A DNA stretch of 64,000 nt from Patescibacteria group bacterium (GTDB taxonomy: Bacteria > Patescibacteriota > Minisyncoccia > Phycocordibacterales > CAIRYW01), in contig JAZKAJ010000019.1 in NCBI GenBank assembly GCA_040389185.1, positions 15,523 to 79,522 of the forward strand, read 5' to 3'. Below the pieces are notes generated by a model. It was not told the DNA's origin. It saw only the letters and a list, made by a program, of their open reading frames with translations, and made no database searches. The stretch's first letter is position 1. Every line of letters begins with the position of its first letter. Below, in pieces: positions 41,674-51,164 of this stretch. The translations under genes and the position numbers were made by a program.

Positions 41674-42012
41674 ATGTACACCCTTGCACTCATTATCTTC
41701 GCCGTTGTAGTCTACATCTTCAGGAAAAAAGTCGATCGTTACGACTACCTCACAGTCCTTCGGACAACCGAATGGAAATCGGGTCAAACAATCCGTAAGG
41801 AAGTCATGCGAACCTTTCGTGTATGGATTTCTCTCGGAAATGTATACATTGCGATGCGTCACCTTGAAGCTGAGGGGCTTGCCGAGCGCAGAGAGCTGAA
41901 GAAAAAGGAACGACCTGTCCGCGAGTTTCGACTTACTCCAGGTGGATTGCATCATAAAAACAAGCAATCTATTCACCCCTACCAAGGAACAGGACAACAA
42001 GCGACCTGCTGA
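41674..42012 (+). CDS. PadR-family transcriptional regulator
   Basis: GNVYIAMRHLEAEGLAERRE...RPVREFRLTPGG matches the PadR recognition-helix and wing pattern. Confidence 0.6.
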   Translation: MYTLALIIFAVVVYIFRKKVDRYDYLTVLRTTEWKSGQTIRKEVMRTFRVWISLGNVYIAMRHLEAEGLAERRELKKKERPVREFRLTPGGLHHKNKQSIHPYQGTGQQATC

Positions 42013-42057
42013 ATACAACAAACGCTAAGCCAAGATGAAAACATCTTGGCTTTTTTA

Positions 42058-43101
42058 TTACAAAGACTTCATATCTATCACAAATCTGTATCGCACATCG
42101 CCTTTAAGAACTCTCTCGTACGCTTCATCTATTTTGTCGATTGTTGTCATTTCTATATCAGAAACAATATTATGTTCTGCACAGTAGTCGAGCATTTCTT
42201 GAGTTTCTTTGATTCCACCTACGAGCGATCCGGAGAGACTTCTTCTTTTACCTATCAGTCCAAAGACATTTATCTCCGCTGGCTCTGGTGGCACGCCAAG
42301 ACAGATCATATTTCCGTTTGTTTTAAGTAGTCCAAGACAGAGATTGTAATCATGGGGTGCAGAAACGGTATCAATAATGAAATCGTAAGCACAAGAAAGT
42401 CTTTGAACATTTTCTGGAATTGATATTACTTCAAAATGATGAGCTCCGAGCCTTTTTGCATCTGCATCTTTGTCGTTTGACCGACTGAGCACCGTCACTT
42501 CAGCTCCGAATGATACTGCGAGTTTGAGTGCCATGTGTCCCAATCCTCCGAGTCCAACAATTCCCACCTTATGACCCTTGCCCACTCTCCAATGTTTAAG
42601 TGGTGAGTATGTTGTAATTCCAGCACAGAGAAGTGGTGCAACTGCATTTATATTTTCTTTGTGAGTGATCTTGAGTACAAAATCTTTATCCACAATGATT
42701 TGTTTTGAGTATCCTCCATATGTTGTTCCTCCACTCACTTTGTCTGGCGCGTCATAAGTACTTGTTGCACCATTTAGACAATATGATTCTTCGTGATTCT
42801 GACAATTCTCGCAAGTACGACATGAATCAACAAAACATCCGACGCCTACGGTGTCGCCTATTTTAAAATTATTTACTTCATTTCCAATTTCTATTACTTT
42901 TCCAATTATTTCGTGACCCGGCACACATGGATACACAGTCCCCGGCCATTCGTTTCGAGCGGTATGGATGTCAGAGTGACAGATTCCACAATACAATATC
43001 TCGATTGAGACATCTTGAGGACGAACTTCACGCCGCTCGATTGTGAGGGGTGAGAAGGGAGAGGTTGGGGATGTGACGGCGTAAGATTTTGTTTGTTTCA
43101 T
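42058..43101 (-). CDS. zinc-dependent alcohol dehydrogenase (cinnamyl/aryl-ADH-like)
   Basis: CGICHSDIH, GHEIIGKV, GLGGLGHMALK motifs. The start was moved to an internal Met, since the ORF's N-terminal extension is non-homologous. Confidence 0.8.
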   Translation of the reverse strand: MKQTKSYAVTSPTSPFSPLTIERREVRPQDVSIEILYCGICHSDIHTARNEWPGTVYPCVPGHEIIGKVIEIGNEVNNFKIGDTVGVGCFVDSCRTCENCQNHEESYCLNGATSTYDAPDKVSGGTTYGGYSKQIIVDKDFVLKITHKENINAVAPLLCAGITTYSPLKHWRVGKGHKVGIVGLGGLGHMALKLAVSFGAEVTVLSRSNDKDADAKRLGAHHFEVISIPENVQRLSCAYDFIIDTVSAPHDYNLCLGLLKTNGNMICLGVPPEPAEINVFGLIGKRRSLSGSLVGGIKETQEMLDYCAEHNIVSDIEMTTIDKIDEAYERVLKGDVRYRFVIDMKSL

Positions 43102-43537
43102 GAGGGTAAGTATAGAATAAAACAAAGAAATTAGGAATTTAAAAAATAAAAAACCACCTCCCGAGACAACGCTCGAGTCAGGTGGTACGGTCAAGTTATG
43201 CGTTACTGATACCGCTCTGTTATTCCACCTTTTTAAAGGGTGCACAGAGAAGGAACACAATAATCCAACACAAAGAGTTTGATGTATTACTATGTTGTGG
43301 AAGAAACAATCCCATCAGGGCAATGCCAATGCCCAAAAGAACGAGTAGCCATTTAATATTCATGAAAAACCTCCTAGGATAGTTTGATATTACGATTCTG
43401 GTCGATTTTGTCAACCGCCTCAATCGTTCGAATCTGGTGAGGTCCACCCTAGCGGAATTTCGACCGCGACCAAATTTTGAGAAATAAAAAACCACCTACC
43501 TTTTCAGGCAAGTGGCAGGCGTTTTAAGTAAGCCAAA

Positions 43538-43957
43538 TTAAGAAGCGGGTTGCTGTTTTTTGATGACCCAAACCAGACCTTCAGTCAATAAGATTGGCGT
43601 ACCCACATTAATCATGAAGGCAACGATCGCAATCATCACTCTCTTGTCTGTTGTTACATCAAGCCAAAAGGCCCAAGGAACCGCGGTCGCCGTAATAATT
43701 ACGATCACCATAGTTATAGCAATCACCCAGTAAATAAGAGAGTACTTTTGTTGCGTTGACACCTTCCCACCCCCATTCAGTCTTTCAGACAACTCTGACG
43801 AAAGAAAAAAACAAAAGAATGAGATCATTGCGGCAACATGGGTTTTTGACAAAAACATTGCAGCAATGCCGACTTGAGTGGCATATAGCACAAAGACGAT
43901 GGCGCAGATGGTTACGGCAATCCCGGAGCCAAGAGCGATTTTTTCAAGTTTTTTCAT
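43538..43957 (-). CDS. hypothetical membrane protein (139 aa, four TM helices)
   Basis: ORF only. Confidence 0.45.
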   Translation of the reverse strand: MKKLEKIALGSGIAVTICAIVFVLYATQVGIAAMFLSKTHVAAMISFFCFFLSSELSERLNGGGKVSTQQKYSLIYWVIAITMVIVIITATAVPWAFWLDVTTDKRVMIAIVAFMINVGTPILLTEGLVWVIKKQQPAS

Positions 43958-44227
43958 GATATTAGAAGTTTGGATTTGAACTGACAGACAATAATCCTTA
44001 GCAAACCTAAGAGATTGATTACAGCCTTTCTCTCAAATCCAATCCAACTTACCTTTTAAAGAACTTTCTCATTCATTCAAAGAAATAACATATTTTATGC
44101 AAGTAGTCAATTTATATACTTTATAATTTTGTGGTCACAAATATTTTTCCTGACGGAAAAATTTCGCGACCCCGCCTCGCGGTTTTTGCCTTTCGGAGTA
44201 CCTCAAACAAAAACATCGCTGTGACTT

Positions 44228-44279
44228 CCACATAAATACAAAAACTCCCCAACTAAGGGGAGTTTTTGTATTTATGTGG
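44228..44279 (-). terminator. 23-bp perfect hairpin immediately 3' of tRNA-Ala (ccacataaatacaaaaactcccc / ggggagtttttgtatttatgtgg)
   Basis: Read directly. Overlaps the last 3 nt of the tRNA. Confidence 0.7.
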
Positions 44280-44349
44280 ACCCTACCAGATTCGAACTGG
44301 TGACCTCCTCATTGCAAATGAGGCGCTCTACCAACTAAGCTAAGGGCCC
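44277..44349 (-). tRNA. tRNA-Ala (anticodon UGC); G3:U70 present; CCA not encoded
   Basis: Cloverleaf folded by hand: GGGCCCT acceptor, anticodon loop TTTGCAA, T-arm CCAGTTCGAATCTGG; 73 nt. Confidence 0.85.
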
Positions 44350-44578
44350 ATATTTAATTTTCTTTACCTAACTGACTCCGATCAGAACTTGTATCTTTTG
44401 CCTCATTTGTGCAAATGAGTGTCACAAATAATTTTCTACTGAAAATTTTCGCGACCCCGCCTTAGTACCTTCGTACTTCCGGCCTTGCAAAATGGGTCCC
44501 TACCCTTTTTTCACTCTACAACTAAGCTTAAGGGCCTTTCTATGAACATTTCGGCTACAAAATGTTCATAGAAATATA

Positions 44579-45568
44579 CTATTTTTTGGCTTTTAGTGCA
44601 AGTGTGATCAGATGATCGAGGAGTTCGGGGTATGATGAGCCGATAGCCTTCATAGCCTTAGGTACAAGGGAGTTTGGAGTTAAGCCTGGCAAAGTATTAA
44701 TCTCAAGGCAGTAAATACCTCTTTTTGGATGGATTATGAAATCTGTTCGAGAATAGTGTCTTGCGTTAATAGATTTATGAGCAAGCTGTGCTAGTCTTTG
44801 AATCTCTGCAGATTCTTCTTTTGTAAAATTACCTGGGCAGATCTCTATTTCAGAATTTGTGTCACTGTATTTTTCTGCAAAATCAAAGAATTCATGCCCT
44901 TTTCGAGGTGCAATTTCTATCGGTAACAAGTTATACACTTCTTCACCACGAAAACCTTCAAGCACACCAGCAGTTGCTTCCTTGCCTTTGATGAATTCTT
45001 CAACGAGCACTTTGTCAGATACTTCAAAACATTTTCGAAGCGCCTCTTCAATCTGCTCTACTGTTCCAGCAATACTTGTCGCTACAGACGATCCTCCTGA
45101 GACAGGCTTTAGCACTGATGGTTGTGGAAATGTTTTGTAGAGGTCGATTGCAGTTTGCTCTGGTACATACTCTTCTTTTGTAACTACTCTGTGGACTGGA
45201 GTTTTGATGCCTGCATTTACGAAATGTTTTTTGGCCAAGACCTTGTTCATCCCTATCGCTGATGCGAGCGACCCAGAGCCTGTGAATGGCACATGGAGCT
45301 GTTCGAGAAGTCTCTGCACTGTTCCATCCTCACCGTATTCTCCATGCATCGCGATGAATGCAACATCAGCTCTTTTGTCGAGATGCTTTGGATCAAAAGG
45401 TACTCCGTGGATATGCCAGACTCCTTTTTTGTCGATTAAAACATCTATCGCCTCGTATTTTTCTCCGAGATTTTGGAGTACTCCTGCACCCGTTTTAAGT
45501 GACACATCATATTCACTTGATGGTCCTCCACGAAGTACTGCTACTTTTATTTTCTTTTGAGTTTTCAT
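44579..45568 (-). CDS. ddl: D-alanine--D-alanine ligase
   Basis: ATP-grasp; GGPSSEYDVSLKTG, HGEYGEDGTVQ motifs. Confidence 0.85.
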   Translation of the reverse strand: MKTQKKIKVAVLRGGPSSEYDVSLKTGAGVLQNLGEKYEAIDVLIDKKGVWHIHGVPFDPKHLDKRADVAFIAMHGEYGEDGTVQRLLEQLHVPFTGSGSLASAIGMNKVLAKKHFVNAGIKTPVHRVVTKEEYVPEQTAIDLYKTFPQPSVLKPVSGGSSVATSIAGTVEQIEEALRKCFEVSDKVLVEEFIKGKEATAGVLEGFRGEEVYNLLPIEIAPRKGHEFFDFAEKYSDTNSEIEICPGNFTKEESAEIQRLAQLAHKSINARHYSRTDFIIHPKRGIYCLEINTLPGLTPNSLVPKAMKAIGSSYPELLDHLITLALKAKK

Positions 45569-45713
45569 GGAGTAGTGAAAAATGACATCGCTTTAAAAAG
45601 CGACCTTATTTTTATAATTATTATCTATTAAGTTTATTGGTGTAAAATTTTCTTTCATATCCATTGTTTCAATAATGTCATTTTCTACTACCTCCATTCA
45701 TTAATTAATTATA

Positions 45714-46985
45714 TTATACCAAAAAATTCTTTCTTCGCATTTTTTTGTGATATCCGATTGCAAATCTATGAGCCTCGGCATTTGAAAGGAGTATTTCTTT
45801 TCGGTATTTCATTCCAAGTGTTTGATCTCCGAGCACATCTTTTGGCTGATGTCGTTCGTCTTTGAGTACTGAGACTACAGGGATCGAGAGATTGGCTTTA
45901 TCAATAATTGTATTCATGACATTCAACTGTGCAACGCCTCCATCCACTACAATCAAATTTGGCATCTGCCATTCAGGATGGGTCAGACGACGTTCAAGCA
46001 CTTCTGCAAGTGCTTTTGTATCATTTGAACTATCCACAGTTTTAATTTTAAACTTTCTGTATTCGTTTTTGTCTGCCACACCATTTGTAACGACAGTCAT
46101 CACTCCTACCATGTTTTTGCCTGACATATGCGCGATATCGTATGACTCAATACGAAAACCTAGACCCAATCCTGCATTATTTCGAAGAAGTGAGTCCTCT
46201 TTGATGAGTGAGACATCATTGATGTGTTGTAGTGCGTATATTTTATCCCGAAGAATCTTTGCAGCTTCAAATTTCTGTTCCTTAGCAAGATCAGTCATAT
46301 CATCTTCAAGATCCTTTACCACAGATTTAATATCCCCTGAAAGGAATTTCTCAATTCTTCTTATTCGTATTGCGTAACAATGCTTATCGAGAACACCAAT
46401 ACACGTCCCCGGACAAAGTCCGATCGAGTAGTTAAAACATGGTCGCTTTGAATTGAGATGGCATTTTTCATCGCGATATGGAAATATTTTTCGAATAATC
46501 TTCAACGCTTCTTTAAGTTGCATTCCATTTATGAATGGACCGAAGACTGTTTTGATCTTTATATCTTTATACTTTGGATTTACTTCTCCTCCGTTTTTGA
46601 CATTCTGAATCTGAAGTACATCTCTTTTGCGAATGATCATAATCCGTGGGAAATCTTCTTTGGTGATGACAACACAATTAAAACTCTTGTCATCCTTTTC
46701 TTTTGTATTGAAAGTTGGTTTGAATTTCTTGATGAGGTCAGCTTCGAGGAGGAGCGCTTCGAGCACCGACTGCGTCTCTCGGAAATCAATCTGAGTCGCT
46801 TCATCTACCATTTTGACCAAGAGCTTGCCTCGAGTATCTATTAAGTCAGGCGAGAAATAGCTCCTCACTCGGTCAGTGAGAGATGTTGCCTTGCCTATGT
46901 ATAGGATTTTCTTTTGATTATTTAAGAAAAAATATACTCCAGGTGTGTCAGGAAGTTTTTGTTTTTTGAAATGTTCGAGATTCAT
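45714..46985 (-). CDS. uvrC: excinuclease ABC subunit C, short form lacking the C-terminal (HhH)2 domain
   Basis: N-terminal GIY-YIG (PGVYFF...ILYIGKA), Cys-rich segment, RNase H-like endonuclease domain ending HRFAIGYHKK; 423 aa. Confidence 0.75.
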   Translation of the reverse strand: MNLEHFKKQKLPDTPGVYFFLNNQKKILYIGKATSLTDRVRSYFSPDLIDTRGKLLVKMVDEATQIDFRETQSVLEALLLEADLIKKFKPTFNTKEKDDKSFNCVVITKEDFPRIMIIRKRDVLQIQNVKNGGEVNPKYKDIKIKTVFGPFINGMQLKEALKIIRKIFPYRDEKCHLNSKRPCFNYSIGLCPGTCIGVLDKHCYAIRIRRIEKFLSGDIKSVVKDLEDDMTDLAKEQKFEAAKILRDKIYALQHINDVSLIKEDSLLRNNAGLGLGFRIESYDIAHMSGKNMVGVMTVVTNGVADKNEYRKFKIKTVDSSNDTKALAEVLERRLTHPEWQMPNLIVVDGGVAQLNVMNTIIDKANLSIPVVSVLKDERHQPKDVLGDQTLGMKYRKEILLSNAEAHRFAIGYHKKMRRKNFLV

Positions 46986-46991
46986 TTATTA

Positions 46992-47690
46992 TTATTTAAC
47001 TTTTCTTAATACCAGTAAGTGGCAGCAAGTTTTAGGATGCGAAGGATCCATTGGAATTCTCTCCGGTAATTCTTTCTGCTCTTCGAGGAGGAATCCTGCT
47101 GATTCGGCGGCAGAAATAGTATTTTGGAGTGGTCTAAATATATCATAAGAAGTCCATGATTCTCGTACAGTTTTTGTAGTAACAACTCCATCCCTAATTT
47201 CCATTATATCAATACTAAGCAGATCAGCTCTCGGACCAATATTATATGATTTATCACCAATAATAAGATAGAACAATCCCTTTAAATTTAGAAATGAATT
47301 TATCTTATTAAAAGCCTCCTGCAAATCAAAAATATGCTCAAAAACCATTACTGCAATACAAACATCTACAGAAACAGGGCTCACATAATTTTGAAGCGTA
47401 TTCTTTTGAACATTCACACCTTTGTAATTCGATTGAACAAAATCGATATTTTTTTGAGATGGATCAAAACCATAAATCTCGGACGCACCCATTTCTTTTA
47501 GGAGTTTGAACAATTGTCCAATACCACATCCAATATCCAGAACTTTTTTATCCTTTAGGCTTGTTATTATTGATTGCAGATGGGATTGAAAATATTGTCT
47601 TGATGGAGAGTCTTCTCTACCAACTTCACTCCAGTTAACTTCAGGAGAATCATATTGAGCTGGATCAGTTGCTAGTTTCAAATAATCCAT
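46992..47690 (-). CDS. class I SAM-dependent methyltransferase
   Basis: VLDIGCGIGQL motif I. Confidence 0.65.
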   Translation of the reverse strand: MDYLKLATDPAQYDSPEVNWSEVGREDSPSRQYFQSHLQSIITSLKDKKVLDIGCGIGQLFKLLKEMGASEIYGFDPSQKNIDFVQSNYKGVNVQKNTLQNYVSPVSVDVCIAVMVFEHIFDLQEAFNKINSFLNLKGLFYLIIGDKSYNIGPRADLLSIDIMEIRDGVVTTKTVRESWTSYDIFRPLQNTISAAESAGFLLEEQKELPERIPMDPSHPKTCCHLLVLRKVK

Positions 47691-47698
47691 AAATATAC

Positions 47699-48559
47699 TT
47701 AATCAAGGAAATTGAAGAATTTGAGTTTATCTGTCACCACTTTTTGGACTGCTTCAAGAGATGGTTTGAGCATTTTGTATGGCGCCACTTCCCCTGGATT
47801 TTCTTCTACAACTTTCACAAGTGCGTCATGGAAGGCAACGCGAATTTCTGTATTGATGTGTACGATCGCCACTCCATTTTTGATTGCATCCTGAATGTCT
47901 TCTTTGCTGTTGCCTGATGCTCCATGAAGTACGAGAGGAACGTTTGTTGCTTTTGAAATCTCCCCTACTCGTTCGATATTGAGCCGAGGATCAGGAATAT
48001 CTTTGAGCATTCCGTGGATATTTCCTACTGCAGGAGCAAATAAATCAACTCCAGTCTCGCGGACGAATTTTTGTGCATCCGCAACACTTGTGAGTTCTAC
48101 TCCATCTGGCACTGCATCAAGAATCTTTGAAGATTGTCCGATGTATCCAAGCTCTGCTTCAACCAGCACTTCTCGTCCACAATTCTTTGCATATTCAACA
48201 CACTGTTTTGCAATGATGATGTTTTCATCAAGTGACAACTTCGCTCCATCAAAGATCACAGAATCATACCCTGCATCAATCGCTTCTTTTACTCGGTCGA
48301 ACGAATATGTGTGATCAGCATTGAGAAATATTGGATAATCATTTTCTTCTCGAAGAGATTTTACGAGAGCCACCGCTTCGTGGACACCAACGAAATCTCG
48401 TTCTCCTTCTGAAACTCCGATAATAACGGGAAGTTTAAGTGCCTTTGCTGCGTTGAATATCGCGTGAAGTGCCTCCAGGTTTGAAATATTAAAATGACCT
48501 ATTGCCACACCCTTTTCTTTCGCTTCAATAATGTATTGTTTTAATGATTTTATTTGCAT
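47699..48559 (-). CDS. fba: class II fructose-bisphosphate aldolase family
   Basis: GHFNISNLE...PVIIGVSEGE, HGASG zinc-ligand pattern; 286 aa. Confidence 0.7.
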   Translation of the reverse strand: MQIKSLKQYIIEAKEKGVAIGHFNISNLEALHAIFNAAKALKLPVIIGVSEGERDFVGVHEAVALVKSLREENDYPIFLNADHTYSFDRVKEAIDAGYDSVIFDGAKLSLDENIIIAKQCVEYAKNCGREVLVEAELGYIGQSSKILDAVPDGVELTSVADAQKFVRETGVDLFAPAVGNIHGMLKDIPDPRLNIERVGEISKATNVPLVLHGASGNSKEDIQDAIKNGVAIVHINTEIRVAFHDALVKVVEENPGEVAPYKMLKPSLEAVQKVVTDKLKFFNFLD

Positions 48560-48808
48560 TGCTAGATTATATCACCCATTTGCCTATTTTATAAAGAGGA
48601 GTAGCATTATATACAGAAACAACCCAACCACCAACCATGGAAGATAGCCGTGTCAAAAAGCTTCCAGACTACCCAGATTGGGTATATGGATTTATATATT
48701 TTCTTTTTTTACTCTTCGCATTGGTGTCGTATCCATTTCGAACAGTATGTTCAATACTCACCCTGAAATAAAGGTGGGTTTTTATTATTTATTTGATATA
48801 CTTTATCC

Positions 48809-49810
48809 ATGATATTTTTTAAACCACAATACGACATCGTCGCCATCGGAGACACCGTCACCGATGCTTTTATTAAACTTAAAGAGGCACACCTTACTTG
48901 CAAACTTAACAGTCATGAATGTGAGATTTGTATGAAATACGGAGACAAGATCCCATATGACTTCGTTGAAGTCTGTCCTGCTGTAGGAAATAGTGCAAAT
49001 GCTGCAGTTTCATTTAGCCGACTTGGGCTCAAATCAGCAATTATCACAGACCTCGGCAATGATACAAATGGTACGGAAGCGGTAGAGACTTTCAAAGCCA
49101 ATAATGTTGGAACAGATTATGTAAAACTCCACAACGGCAAAAAAACCAACTACCACTATGTGCTCTGGTATGATGTTGACCGAACTATTCTCATCAAACA
49201 CGAAACATTTGAAAGACATATTCCTGCAATGAAAACTCCAAAGTGGGTCTATCTTTCATCCCTCGGACAAGACAGCCTCCCGTTCCATAAAGAAGTAGCA
49301 CAATATCTCAAAACAAATCCTGAGATCAAACTCGCATTCCAACCTGGGACATTCCAAATGCAATTCGGCACCGAAGAACTTAAAGATATTTATGCGCGAA
49401 CAGAAGTCTCGATCTGCAACCTTGAAGAGTCACAAAGAATTCTAAAGACTGAAGAAAAAGATATCAAAGTGTTACTCGCGGGTATGCGGAAGCTTGGACC
49501 AAATATTGTACTCATTACAGATGGCCCAAACGGCGCATATGCATCGTATGATGACAAGAATCTTTATATGCCTCTCTATCCCGATACAAAGCCTCCATAC
49601 GAGAGAACAGGGGCCGGAGATGCTTTTGCATCAACATTTGTTGCCGCAATCGCACAGGGCAAGACCGTGGAAGAAGCACTTACTTGGGCACCAATCAATT
49701 CCATGTCAGTTGTTCAAAGTATCGGTGCACAAAAAGGCCTTCTTGATCAAAGATCTATACAATTCTTTTTGGATAAAGCAAAAGAGGACTATAAGGTGAA
49801 GAGTATATAA
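48809..49810 (+). CDS. PfkB-family sugar kinase
   Basis: GAGDAFASTFVAAI signature; 333 aa. Confidence 0.7.
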   Translation: MIFFKPQYDIVAIGDTVTDAFIKLKEAHLTCKLNSHECEICMKYGDKIPYDFVEVCPAVGNSANAAVSFSRLGLKSAIITDLGNDTNGTEAVETFKANNVGTDYVKLHNGKKTNYHYVLWYDVDRTILIKHETFERHIPAMKTPKWVYLSSLGQDSLPFHKEVAQYLKTNPEIKLAFQPGTFQMQFGTEELKDIYARTEVSICNLEESQRILKTEEKDIKVLLAGMRKLGPNIVLITDGPNGAYASYDDKNLYMPLYPDTKPPYERTGAGDAFASTFVAAIAQGKTVEEALTWAPINSMSVVQSIGAQKGLLDQRSIQFFLDKAKEDYKVKSI

Positions 49811-49815
49811 TCAAT

Positions 49816-50226
49816 ATGTCGCAAGAAGATTTGATAATATTAAATCAGAATTCGGGAGCAGAAAATTATAATATACTGCTCAATGTGGCAGACGATAAAC
49901 TAGTCAAACTAAAAAGAGAACTTGTTACTAGTCATTTTCCAAAATTTTTACCTGCGTTTGAGATACAGAATCAAATTGAAATGTTGGATTCTCAAAAAAC
50001 ACAACTTCCACGTGATGAATCTTATGATTTTAAGATTTCACAAATTGAATCGGCACTAACTCAATTGGTATCAATTCAACATCAGATGTATGCCGAAGCG
50101 GGTGTAGATATATTGAATCCAGGTAACAGCTCTGAATATTTAGATTATCTTGCTGCCACGAAAGGAATTGACCGTAGATTTTTGAAAACACTCCCTCCTA
50201 GTGAGGAAGAAATTAAACAAAATTAA
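49816..50226 (+). CDS. hypothetical protein (136 aa)
   Basis: ORF only. Confidence 0.4.
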   Translation: MSQEDLIILNQNSGAENYNILLNVADDKLVKLKRELVTSHFPKFLPAFEIQNQIEMLDSQKTQLPRDESYDFKISQIESALTQLVSIQHQMYAEAGVDILNPGNSSEYLDYLAATKGIDRRFLKTLPPSEEEIKQN

Positions 50227-50235
50227 TATAAATTT

Positions 50236-50646
50236 ATGTGCCATCGACTGCCCGAATTTGGAGAACCTTCAGACGAAACAAACCCTTTAGGAAGATTAAC
50301 TCCAGACCTTATGCATAAAGCTGAGTTAGGTGCATTATTGAGCAGATTTGCTGGAATACACGAATTTACCCAAACATTCCCTCATCTCTCTTTATCAAAA
50401 GAAAATATTGAAGCCCAGCAAAATTTTGTATTACAAAATTACAAACTTGATATTGAAATGCTTCAAAAACTACAGGGAAAAGAAGTGTTAGACAATATTG
50501 AATTACAATCAATAGAATCCCTAGAGAAAGATATGGATGATCTAAGACAAAAAGGAAAATGGCTGCAACAAGCACATAATGAATTTGATATTTTCAATGC
50601 AGCAAAAGAAAGTATAGAATCGCATTATGGAAACAACAGACACTAA
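50236..50646 (+). CDS. hypothetical protein (136 aa)
   Basis: ORF only. Confidence 0.4.
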   Translation: MCHRLPEFGEPSDETNPLGRLTPDLMHKAELGALLSRFAGIHEFTQTFPHLSLSKENIEAQQNFVLQNYKLDIEMLQKLQGKEVLDNIELQSIESLEKDMDDLRQKGKWLQQAHNEFDIFNAAKESIESHYGNNRH

Positions 50647-50864
50647 CTAAACTTCACAAATCTCGGCACCATTTCCCCATTCACTTCCACTATCTCAGTA
50701 AAATTACTCAAAGGTCTCGCCCATATTTTGGCGAGATCGTTTTCATATAATGTTTCGTAAATCACGAGATCTTCAAGAGTCTCACTGTCTTTTGCAATAG
50801 CAAGTATTTTGTATGTACCGCCCTTCTTGCTGTGTTTATAGATATCTCCAACTTTGATTTCCAT
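50643..50864 (-). CDS. DUF1653 domain protein
   Basis: YKHSKKGGTYKIL..A..SE....VIYE.LY......WARP..NF pattern. Confidence 0.6.
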   Translation of the reverse strand: MEIKVGDIYKHSKKGGTYKILAIAKDSETLEDLVIYETLYENDLAKIWARPLSNFTEIVEVNGEMVPRFVKFS

Positions 50865-50970
50865 CCCGATTAGAAAAATTAAGTAATTACTAATGTTTAA
50901 ATAAATTTGTTTATCACCGCCACATTCTCGTTTGAAATAGATATTTATCTTTTTCTAACGGGACTTTGTA

Positions 50971-51117
50971 TTATTTCTTTGGTTCTATTTTCTTATAACA
51001 CTGTTTACAAATATGAAATTTCTTTACCTCCGACTTTTTGTTTGGAGGACTAAGTAGTATCCCACCAAAATCAGTTAATACTTTCTTGCAGTAATCACAT
51101 TTAGGAGATATAGACAT
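50971..51117 (-). CDS. small zinc-ribbon protein (48 aa; CDYC...CKQC)
   Basis: Translated by hand; two CxxC pairs. Confidence 0.35.
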   Translation of the reverse strand: MSISPKCDYCKKVLTDFGGILLSPPNKKSEVKKFHICKQCYKKIEPKK

Positions 51118-51164
51118 GTGTTTTTTTATTAATTAATACTGGAGTTCCCGCACAACTTTTTTGC

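Noticed and set aside
41668-42021. Minus-strand 117-aa ORF overlapping the PadR gene
   Set aside because: It mirrors the PadR ORF on the opposite strand. The PadR motif match is on the plus strand and the minus ORF has no recognisable features.
43220-43495. 91-aa minus-strand ORF upstream of the ADH
   Set aside because: It overlaps the ADH upstream region and terminator-like hairpins. Only a possible ~47-aa hydrophobic C-terminal peptide is plausible, and support is insufficient.
43958-44052. Second tRNA gene on the minus strand (GGATTTG...CAAATCC acceptor-like pairing, GTTCAAATCC T-loop-like)
   Set aside because: A hand fold gives no proper D-arm. The anticodon loop is 5 nt and there is no complementary T-stem. 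Regarded as a tRNA-like relic or inverted repeat.
44440-44562. Intron-containing tRNA
   Set aside because: Only the 5' acceptor/D-arm half and an anticodon-like arm are recognisable. No T-arm or 3' acceptor strand was found downstream.
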